From Bigelowiella natans CCMP2755 (taxonomy: Eukaryota > Protista > Cercozoa), in the NCBI GenBank assembly GCA_000320545.1, contig ADNK01000875.1, forward strand, positions 124,001 through 188,000: a stretch of 64,000 bases of DNA, written 5' to 3'. Positions 50,501-62,500 of this stretch are shown here, piece after piece. The first letter of the stretch is position 1. Each line of letters opens with the position of its first letter. Made by a program: the position numbers and the translations under genes. Under the pieces are notes generated by a model. It was not told where the DNA came from, ran no database searches, and saw nothing but the letters and a program-made list of their open reading frames with translations.

Positions 50501-53500
50501 TTTCACAACGTCGATCTCTCCGGGTGTGATGAGAATATTGAGGTGTCGCTAAACTACATGAATACCGGCAAACTGCACTGGACCCCAATCTCAAGGATCA
50601 CGCGTGTATTGGACACTTCCTGGGAGGCGTTCCCGGCGCGATCAGGACAGACTGTCTCAATCACGGGAACTCCATTCGGCTTCACATCGCTCAACCTACA
50701 TGACTACGAAGTGTACCTACATGGAGCAAACTGTACGCACCTGCCCTTGGACAAGATAAATCCAACACGATTTTGTAATCCTCTCTGCTCTCCGGGAGGA
50801 CTAGAGAGCATACACTATCCGCTCAACGACACCGAGAGTCGAGCTGCGGTAGGGAACAATGTCACCATTGGTGGGTTCAGTACAACTTGGCAAGAGTACA
50901 GAATTCAGTCGCTTTACACCAAGCTCGACCTGAATGACGAAAGGATTCCAGGTGACTACCAAATCTCGACTATTGGGTTCAACCTGACACAGATTCCTTC
51001 CGTGACTCTGAGGAACTTGCGCGTCGCGATCGCGGTAACAAACCTAACCGACTTCTCAACAAACCGTGAGTGGATTAACACCACCGTTGTGTACGGACCC
51101 AAGGACCTCAATGTTTCAAGTGAGGGCTGGCTGGACATTGCGCTGGACACCCCATACATCTGGGACGGAAACAGCTCACTTGTGATCGAAGTCTCCCAGG
51201 ATGAGCAGCACCGGTCAGGAACCGATGGCTTCCCAGAAGTTAGGTTTACCCAAGGGAAATTGCGATCGCTAGCCTACCTAAGGAAGTTCGATGAGGAGTT
51301 CCATCCCAATTTCTATCCTTTTGCCCATGAAGGAAGAATGCCCCAGGAATTCGTTTTCAGCATCAGGCTTCGCGGCACAGCAACGAGGAAACTCTTACTG
51401 GAAGGTATCGATTTCCGCGGCTGTACTTCCGAGGTCTCGGCTGAGGTTGACTTTAAGAAGTCAGGCAGGACCATCAATGCCATCGGAAATGTGTTCCGAT
51501 CCGACGACACCTCGCAGATCCGTGCGTATCCTGCCCTGCCGAACCAAAGGGTAGTGGTATCAGGTGCTGGCTTCCAATCCGTTGAGTTGCCAAATTACCA
51601 AGTCTCTTTCTGGGGAGAGGGATGTGCACGCATAAGTTCCACTGCGTACACGCCAATTGATCGTACCGACTACGCTCTGACGCTATTTCCGGTCGATCTG
51701 ACAGGATGCCGCGGAATTGTGCATGCTTGGGTTGAATTCTTCAACAAGGGCAAGCTAGCGTGGCAGCCTGTGTTGACCACGGTGACTGTCGTTGACACCT
51801 CCGCTTTCCAAGCCCTACCGCATCTTGCCAACCAGACTCTAACAATCACTGGTACCGGATTCAACTCGGCAAATACATCCGACTACGCTCTGACCATAAC
51901 GGGGAGAGGGTGCACGGCGCTACCTGCCGCAGGCGTTAACCCGGACAGTGTAGAGACCAACCGCCACCTCAACATTAAACTGGATCTTTCCGATTGTGAT
52001 TTAACACTTGAGGTAGCGCTCAACTACAAAGGACTGGGAGAGCTCACGAAAGTCAAGATCGCAACAATCATTGTCCTCGTCGACACTAGTAATGAGCAGG
52101 CTGTTCCTGCAATCTCGGATCAAAATGTGACGATCACCGCACATGATTTTAGCTTCCTATCTGGACACATTGATGATTACCAGGTCAGGATCCAAGGTGC
52201 GGGTTGCTATGAACTCCCAACTGTTTGGAAGAATGTCACGAGGACCTGCGCTGCCCAGAACGAATACACAAGTTGTATCGGTGATGTGACAGTTGACAAT
52301 CGAGTAGTTATCCCCCAAAGTGATGTCGTGTACACCCATGCGGATCCTACGCCATTCTACGATGGGGTTATGGATATGAAATTCCAGTCAGTGTACAGTA
52401 AGGCTTCGATCATCGCTGGAGGGGGACACAAGGAGATGCAAATCACCAGCCTCTCATTTAACGTGTCTTCTCTTCCAACCATCGACATCGAGGACGTACG
52501 TATCGGCTTAGGTCATAAGGTCAATGATGGCTTCCAAAATGTCACGCTAGTGTTTGGTCCTAAAAAGGTCCGTGCAGGTGATATCGGTGCCAAACTGAAT
52601 GACTGGTTTGAATTTGAGCTCGACCGAAACTTCATGTGGAACGGCAACGCTGATCTCGTCATCGAGTTCACATACGACAGCTACCACTTCTCGTCGTCGT
52701 CCCCATCCGGCGGAATCGCACTTGCGAACAACTCCGCCAGTTACTCGTACGTGCAATTAGTCAACACTCAGAATAGGACTCAGTACGGTGAGCATTATCC
52801 TTATGTGCACATGATTTCTCCGCAAAAATACGGAGGCATTGTGATGCAAGTCAAGATGCACGCAAACCCTGCCGCCCTTCTACATCACAAGCCAGCATCA
52901 CCTCGGGCTGATGGTGGAGTAGGAAAGTTATCACGTGTTGCACTCTCAGATGCGTACATTAAGCACAAGGCGCAATCGATCTACAACCATACTGAGTTTG
53001 GCCTGGACAAAGACATTCGTCGATTCCAAATCTTGTCGCTACAACTCGAGACGAACAACGCTGCCACAGGAAGGCTAAAGAATTTCCGTATCGCGATGGC
53101 CCACACTACTTCGAAGGTTTTCTACGACTTTGAGAGCCCTTCAGTAGTTTACGGCCCCATTGATATTGACGTGTCAGAGCTGGAGAACGCGGGATTCATC
53201 CAGTTCCAGCTTGACACGCCATTTATTTGGAACTTTACCTCAAACCTCTTGTTTGAGCTGAGTGTCGAAGGGGATTCCTACAACACGAACACCGACGGAA
53301 CAACTAACTTCAACGGTATCAAGACTGTGGCGGTTTCAGGAGACCGAAGTATCTTCTGGTCAACCACTGGAGCCGGGCCTGCTTACCCATTCCCCTCAAT
53401 TATTGGCACAAAGGAAAGTGCTGTGGTGGGCTTGCAGCTGTTTGGACAGGAGAATCGCCTCCTCGAGCTTCTCCGTTACAACATTACCGGGTGCAATAGC

Positions 53501-56500
53501 ACGCTTCTCACCGAGGTGAATTATAAGGGAACTGGTTGGCTTCCAGCCCAAATTGCCTCCGCCGTCACCACTGTATGGGATCATAGTGACCACATGGCGT
53601 TGCCTGACATTCCAGGGCAGACTGTCTACATACATGGCACTGGGTTCGACGACACGCGCACTGAGCAATACTTAGCCATCTTCACGGGACAGTTCTGCAC
53701 ACAGTTGCCTGGTCCTATCAGTCCTTCGGCAACGATTCGCACGAACAAACTCAACGGAACGCTGAGGTTTGACAATATCGATCTCACGAATTGTACCGAT
53801 AAACTTAGGGTCCAGGTCAACTATCAGGACAATGGCTATCTGCCAAGCAAGCAGATCTACGTGTTTACAACTGTGCTCGACACATGGGGCCAGCAATCAC
53901 ATCCAGCGATTGATGACCAGACTATTAGTATTCACGGCACAGGTTTTGCTTCCCATAACCTTAATGATTACGCATTGTTGTTCAACGGATCCGAATGCCA
54001 GTCGCTCCCTCCAGGAGAGGTCTTCCCTACAGACTATATCGACGACACGCATATCCAGATCAAGCATATCAACTTGACTGGCTGTCTGAGCCGTGTTTCT
54101 GTGACCTTGGAATACCAGCGCAAGGGACGCATTCCTGCCACGGATATCTTGACTGTGGTGGACATTAAGTACACGGCACACAGACAGGGTGTTCCTGCGG
54201 TCCCTGGTCAACACCTAAAGATCATGGGTACAGGATTCTGGTCCCAAAATATCTCTGACTACATGGTGCGCATCAAAGGTGCTGGTTGCACCGACTTGAT
54301 TTCCCAATTTCACCCCGTGTCGTACATGAACTTCTCCGAGACGAAACGCAACTTCACCAGCGGCGTAGGCGAGAACTACACGATTACAGAATTGACAATT
54401 GTCGAGGATTTTACCGGCTGCTACAGCAATCTGTCAGTCGAGTTGAACTACCGCGGTGAAGGCGTGATTCCCTTCAGGGACGTAGCAGGAGCCGTCTCGG
54501 TATACGAAACGCACAACGAGTTCGCATATCCTGGCATCTCTGGGCAGACAGTATTCATTAGGGGTACCATGTTCCTTGCCACTCTCGTTCACGAGTATGT
54601 GCTTAACTTCAAGGGCATTGGATGTACAAACCTGCCGGTCGACTATACACCTGTCTTTAGATCTGTGGACCTCATTCGTGTGGAAAATCTGGATCTCACT
54701 GGATGCAACGGCACCGTAAATATGAGCTTGACGTTCCAGAGAAAGTCACCGTTCCCATACATGCCGATCCTTCGTGCTGTTACAGTCACGGATACTAAGG
54801 CAATTCAGGCTGTACCTAACATCCAGAGTGCAAACGTTACATTGATCGGAACTGGATTCCTCTCCAGAAACCTCTCAGATTACTTCATCAGGATGATTGG
54901 TGCAGGCTGCACAGGCTTCAACAAAGATACACCTATCTTTCCAACGGAATGGCACACTCTCTCGCGCATTGATATTGACGACTTGGACCTGCGTGGCTGC
55001 ACCGGCAACCTCTCTGTGCTACTTAATTATCAAGGAAAGGGGCACCACCCTCAGATTTACATTGCGACGATCTTAACGATCATCGATACCTCTGACGTTA
55101 CAGCTCTCCCAGCCACGAATAACGTAACGGTGAACATCACCGGGATAGGCTTCTTCTCCACCAACCTGCTCGATTACAGGGTCAAATTTGTTGGGGAGGG
55201 TTGCAAGCATCTCCCCGGATTCATTGTTCCCCAAGCTGTGGAGCAGGAGAAGTGGTTGACTGTTCACAATATGAATCTTCTCGGGTGCAACAAGACCCTG
55301 GACATGCATCTTGATTTCCGAACAAATTTTGCGGAAGGCCTTCAGGGTTACCTTCCAACCCAAAAGATCGCGACAATGATCAACGTTCATAATACGCTCA
55401 TCATTCAAGGCGTGTCGAATCTTGGCAATCAGGTGATTCAGGTAAATGGTACGGGTTTCTTCTCCAACCACCTTCCCGACTACGATCTCGAGCTTTGGGA
55501 CAAATTCGGCATGGTTTCACGCTTCAACCCGACCGCAGTTTTGTCACGGACTCAACTTGAGACTTCGGCCTACAATCTCACTGGCTTCACGCAAGGCGCA
55601 GACATGAACCTGATTCTTAACTTCCAAGGAAGGGGGCCACTGCCGTCACAGAAAATTGGGCGATTCCTACAGATTAAGGAGACCCATGGAAACTTCACTA
55701 TGATACCGCAGACTGGGCAAACAATTACAGTCTTGGGCGATGCATTCTGGAGCGAAACTCTCTCTGATTATGCAGGAAGATTCACTGGTCGGGACTGTCA
55801 AAACCTTCCCTCCGGATTCATTGCTCCTAACGTGCGTGTATCTCACACGGAGCTCCATTGGACAAACATGGACCTTCGAGGCTGCAACTTCACAATCGAT
55901 CTTGAGTTCGAATACCAAGGGAGGGAGATCCTACCGAAGACATCAATCAATACGATGATAATGGTCCTTGACCAAACAGAATGGCAGCTTGTTTCACCGG
56001 AGCCACACGACTTACAGATGATCAGAATCTCTGGAGTTGGCTTCTACTCAACAGAGCTTACGGACTACGCTGTCACACTGACGGGGCCTGGCTGCACGGC
56101 GTTACCATCTGGGCCGATAACCCCGGATAGTCATTCACAAATTGAATATGTCGGTGCACTACGATTCTACACATGGTACGACCACTCATGCAACGCCAAG
56201 ATCGAGGAACAGATCCCGGCATTCTACAACCACAGCGACACGTTTGACAACTGCCACCGAAACTGTGATAACAGCATGAAGTGTCGCTTCTTTGAGTACG
56301 ACAATGTAACTAACGAGTGCTGGCTCTATCGCGGTGCTGCCCACCCAATTCCATCTCCTGGACGATCATGTAGCTCCAAGGCGCCATTCATCCAGCTAGA
56401 AGGCCTCAAATTCACTGGCTGTGAGGACAGAATCACTGCATCCGTCAATTATCAGAACCGTGGCACCGTGAGTAACTACGCAGCCATAGTTGTGCGCGTT

Positions 56501-59500
56501 CGCAATACCACCCTAGAGCAGTCTCTCTCTCCTCTAGGCGACCAAGTTGTGTACGTGTCTGGAATCGGCTTCGTGACTCCTAATGCCAGTGTCTATAAAG
56601 TGACGTTTGAAGGAGCTGGGTGCTCGGCACTTCCACAGAAGCCCATAAAGCCAGAGATTCACTACCGTGAGTATGGTATCCTAGAGGACAACAGCTACAC
56701 GTTCAAAAACCCAAAAGAAGTTGTGGACGGGCTAAGAGTCACTGGGGTGAACCTCACTGGATGCTTTGGAGACTTGCTTGTGCGCTTATATTATAGAGAA
56801 CTGACTCCCCTTGTGGCAGTTCCTATAGCAACGATGGTGACCATTAATCACACTTGGCACTATCAGGCGGTGTCACCCTTAGTCAACCAAACGATCGACG
56901 TCTACGGCAAGGGCTTCCTTGCCCTAAACGTGACCGATTACGAACTCACAATTGGGGGCATTGGTTGCGAGAAGACGACCGTCGGTGTCCCTATGATCCG
57001 TCGATCGAGGAACCACCTTGTCCTCCACGACGTGGACCTCCGTGGCTGCCTTTTCAATATCACGGTCCAGCTTAACTACTCACGCCATGGACAGAGCAAT
57101 CCTTACACAATCGCGCAGATCGTAAGCGTAATTGACACATCCATGGTACAGTCTTCATCCTCACTCACGGGGCAAACTGTGGTTGTATCTGGCACTGGTC
57201 TTTTCCTTACCGATCCTAGCAAGTATCAGGCCGTCTTCTATGGCGAGGACTGTTATTCCAATAACACAGTCAACGGGACGCAGTTTGTAGGAGAGAATAC
57301 TGTGAAATTCACTGGGCTCGACTTCCGCGGTTGCAACCACTGGATCTATGTGATACTGAATCACCAGAACCAAGGTTGGCTTGCAACCCACCCAAGGGTG
57401 TCTCGCATTGTTCGTGTCTGGGATACAACCCTAACACAATCTGTGAGCCCATTGCTGGGGCAAACTTTGCTTATTAATGGAACCGGCTACTATTCTCAAA
57501 ACCCAAATCACTACAAGGTGACATTTAGGAGTTCAACCAGCGGGTGTTCTCCCGGAACTTACACCGCCACGCGCTGGATTTCGACCTACGTGTTTGAGAT
57601 AAATCAAGTAGATCTGAGAGGTTGCAACAAAACTATCTTTGCCCAGCTTGACTACATGAACCAGGGAGGTATTATTGAAGTCCTCGTTGCTACGGTTGTG
57701 ACGGTAAGAGAAACTAGCGCTTTCGAGATGGCTACACCAAATGTAAACCAAGTTCTTAAGGTCACTGGTTTAGGACACTACTCGAAGGACATTACCAATT
57801 ACAAATCTGGTTTTACTGGTCTAGGGTGCACGAATCTCCCTTCAGGAACTAATACGATTCAAACTGCAGTCGGCTACACCGACCGGCAAGATGAGGTCAC
57901 GTTCGTCAATCTCGATCTCACTGGATGCACGGACGTTGTGTCCTCCCAGGTCTTCAACTATCACGATCAGGGTGCCTTCACACAGGTAATCCCACTCGTC
58001 CAGATTGCTTTGGTCGATGATACCGAAGTGATCGAGTCCGTACCTCCAGAACCGGGACAGAATCTTACGATTCACACCAATGCAGCCTTCTATTCTTACA
58101 ACCCAGTCGACTTTGAATGGACCCTTTCTGGAGCGGGCTGCACAAACCTACCATCTGGAAAGGCATCTGTCAAAAGACATGCATGCTACACTCAGCCTAG
58201 ATACGGCTACACCCTGACTGGCGCGACCGACGGGACTCAGTATTCAACATTTGAGCTCGCTCAGCTTGCGTGCGATCTCTTAGGAGCTGTCTGCGGTGGC
58301 ATCAGCTTCAAGGAGACTGCAAGACCGACGTATCCATCAGGCTTTTTCGTCCACGTGACGCCGAGTGATTTCAACCATACTTCATTCAACAACGTTACAA
58401 TGAATGGAACTGCGTGGGGACACATGTGCCGTGGCGACGCACTCAAGCACTCGAGCACAGGCCTCTGCCTCCACCCCATCGACGGAAAGCCTATTCCTGC
58501 AGCTGGTGATGAGCTCATGCTCCACGACGGCTGCTACGACGGTCGCACGATGTTTGAGTTCACGAGTCAAGGCTCTATTAGACACGTGGACTCGCAGCTC
58601 TGCGTTATGCCTTCAGGCACCAATGCTATGACGCTTTCAAGCACCTGTAACACCGCTGGGCAGAAGTTCACTTTGACAGAGAACAAGTTTATCCGACACG
58701 TTGCAACAGGAAACTGCCTGCAGCCTGTCGGAGCAGCGTCGATGTTCGCGAAGGTGGCACTGGCTTCCTGCGCCGACAATTTTGAGTTCGCGCACCCTGG
58801 GTACACTGAGATTCAGGGTGTGGATTTCTCTGGTTGTACTGACAAGATCCAGGCACGCCTTAACTTTAGAAATCAAGGTCTGACCCGAATCGAAACGGTC
58901 GCGACGATACTTAAAATCGACAACACGAGTCACATTTTCGGGCATCCGCATCAAGCCCTACAGCAACTGCACGTCAAGGGAATTGGATTCTTCTCTTCCA
59001 ATCTATTGGACTACAATGCTAAGTTATCTGGCGATGGCTGCACTGAGCTTGAAGCACGACGCTCACCTATCCGGAGAATTTCTACCACAGAAATCGTATT
59101 CGCTGCAGATTTGGACGGATGTACTGGACTCATCGACATCTCGCTCATCTACAGATCTCAAGCGCCTGTGAACCAAAGCATCGCAACTGTCGTAAAGCTG
59201 CTGCAATCTAGCCAATTCCAAGGCCGCCCATCACTTGCAGGGCAAGAACTCACAGTATATGGAACCTCGTTCTTTTCCACGAACCTGGCGGACTATAACG
59301 CAACGTTCATCGAGGACACCTGTACCAAGACGCACCAGAACATGATTCCAATTCATAGAGTAAGCAACACGGCTCTGATCTTTAGTGGTCTGGACTTCTC
59401 TGGCTGTTCCCCCGAAACCTTCAACGTGACTCTTGACTACCAGGAGAAAGGCACTCTCCAGGCTCAGTACCTAGGTACCATAGTCTCAGTTACTGACACC

Positions 59501-62500
59501 TCGGAACTACAGTCCGTGCCAGCGCTTTTAAACCAGATTATCACTGTCACGGGAACTGGTTTCTTCTCTGCAAACCTCACGGAGTATCGATTCATGATAA
59601 AGGGTCCAGGATGCACAGGCCTCCCTGTGCGTTGGTTTTACCCAGTGTCCCGAAACTCGACGACCGCCCTAACACTGCCACCTATTGACCTGAGGGGCTG
59701 TCATAACAAGGTTGGTGTGGAGCTCGATTATCAAACCAGGGGAATCTTGCCTGAAGTTAAGATTCTCATGCCAGTGACCGTGCACAATACCTCAATGCCG
59801 CAAGAAATTCTGAGTCTGAAAAACCGCACGATTTACATCGACGGTACCGGATTCTGGTCCAATAATGTCACCGACTACGAGTTGCAGTTTGCCGGCCCGT
59901 ACTGCGACGACTTACCGCAGGGTATCGTGTACCCTACGTTCGTATACAATCGTTCGAGGCTGATTTACAGAGGGCTCAATCTCACCGGCTGCCTCGTGCT
60001 GGTTGACGTGAGGCTCCAGTATCAAAAGAAGGGAACCTTGCCGCTTCAGCATGTGGTTACGCCCCTATCAATCCAGATGACCCAGCACACACAGGGATTC
60101 ATCAGCGGGCCACAGACAATTTTCATCACAGGCCTCGGCTTCCGCGGAGCGCTCTCCGACTACCAAGTTAAGTTCACTGGTGCAGGTTGTACGAGCCTGC
60201 CAATCGGGCAAATAAGCCCAGACTCACAGCCATTCCCGTCTAAGCTCCAATTTAACAATCTGGATACCACTGGATGCGTCAACACGATAGCAGCTGAATT
60301 TCAGTATGTCCCTCTTGGCTCTCTTCCTCCCATTAACATCGCAACAAGGGTAACCATCAACGACACCTCGAATATCTGGTCGCGGCCTAACATACAAGGA
60401 CAGAATGTCACCATTTATGGAAGCGGATTCGGATATGAACGTGCGATTGATTTTAACATGTATGAAATCGAGCTCAAAGGTCAAGGCTGCACAGGTCCTG
60501 CCTTTGTCCCTGGTGCAAAATCATATCCCGACATCCGGCACTCAAGTTCCAAGATTCAGATCTCGAACGTTGACCTTAGAGGGTGTAGTCATAACGTATC
60601 AGCTAAGCTTAAGTACAACGGGCAGGGGGTATGGGACTGGACCCCAATATTTAAATCGATCTATCTCATCAACACCACAGATCAGGAGATTGCTTCCATG
60701 CCTCTTCAGACCTTCACTATCAATGGTGCCAACTTCCTGTCCCGCAAGCCAGAGGACTACAGGTTCAAATTTGTTGGTTCCGGATGTACGCACCTGCCAG
60801 CCCCTGGCCACATTCCGAGCAAGATCCAAAACGACGGACAGATGATCTTCCACGGTTTCAACTTGGATAACTGCAACCTGACTGTGGACGCCATCCTGAA
60901 CTACCAGAACAGGGGGGATCTACCCCCTATGGTGGTGGTGCAACCCGTGTTCGTTGCAGACACCAGTTTAACGCAGCTCCGGCCGGCTGAGATGTCACAA
61001 ATGTTCTATATCGATGGTCAGGGCTTTGATCTTGGCGATCTTCTCTTGTATGATATCCGATTTGTCGGGGAAGGCTGTCTCCACCTACAGCACGACTATT
61101 TCCCTCTCGAGCACGTAACGACTGAGCGACTCCGGGTCGAACAAAGCCTACGCGGCTGCACGGATGTCGTTTACGTTGGTCTCAAGTATCGCGACTTCGT
61201 GGAACTCGATTTGGTGAAGGTGGTGACGATAAGCGCGTACTCTAAGTGCCACGTTCCTCACCCACAGGTCCGGAAAAATTACAAAACACACGTTACAATG
61301 GGCAATTGCGCTCAACCTCAACCTGGGAACGTATCGTGTGTCCTCGGTTGTGACCCCGGTTTCCATAGCGTTGGAAGCATGGAAGTCACGTGTTTGACGT
61401 CAGGAGAGTATGGCCCACTCGAGGGCTACTGTGAGAACGATGTCAAGTTGCAAGATGGCGCTCACTTCGGATCTGGTCGGCTCGAGGTGTACCGAAACGG
61501 AAGCTACGGTCCGGTCTGTCAGGATGCTCTCTCTGAATTGGACAAAAAAGTGATCTGTAGAAACTCCGGGGCCGGCAAGTACGTCTCGACAGAAGGCCAA
61601 GGCTACTACGGGCTCTTGAACGCACCTAAAAAGTTTTCGTCTGCTGGGTGCAGTGGCAATGAAACTGCGCTGTCTCAATGCGCAGGCTCGTATGATAATT
61701 CGAGCGTTGCTTCATGTCCAACCTTCCACGAGGTTGGGCTCACCTGCGCCGATACCTATTCTCGCACCTACAACAGATACTGTAAGGGGCAGATCCTTAA
61801 CACCAATGGAGTGCCCAACATTCAATCGGCAGAGGACTGCAAAGAGATCTGCACTTTCCAGGCCAATTGCTCTGGAGTCGTGTGGTATCCTGACAAATAC
61901 TTCAACCGCTACCAGTGCTATCTGATGCCGCACAGGTGCCAGGAAAGACTCAGCACTGAAAATTGCGAGCTCTACATGAAGACAGAGCCGATCACGCCAA
62001 AGATTGTCAACAGAATTAACTTCATGCCTTCCGGCGGCATGTCAGGCCACTACTGTGATATGGACTATCTTCAAGACCTGGACGGAAACGGCTACAACGA
62101 GATGGTGTACGGCCATTGTAGCGATGCAATTGGAAATTACATCACCGTTGTCTTCATGATGTCCGACGGATTCGGAGCTGACACGAGGCAGAACATGATT
62201 ACGATGGTCCTACCGGGAGGCAAGAAACTTAACGGGCGGGCGGTCGCTGCTATTGGAGACATCAACGGCGATGGTATAGAAGACATTGCAGTTTCAGGTC
62301 TCAATCAGGCGACTGGCAAAGGCTGTGTGTTCATCTGCTTCTTACAGCGAGTTGGTGCATGTATTTGGGGTCCAGAGCTCAACGCTCCCCGTCATGCGAC
62401 TCACGACACCAAGTTCTGGGGGTACTCTCTGGCAGCTCTGGATGACATCAATGGCGACGGGATTCCGGAGGTCGTGGTAGGAGATACCCAGGCCGAGATC

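Larger units (their letters stand above)
39050..61235 (+). repeat. Long array of ~95-aa IPT/TIG-like repeats (roughly 55-60 copies, estimated from length) with inserted domains
   Basis: Consensus DT..Q..PA..NQT(I/V)TI.GTGF.S.NL.DY...F.G.GC..LP....P......L....DLTGC...I...LNYQ.KG.LP...I recurs every ~285 nt. Confidence 0.85.
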
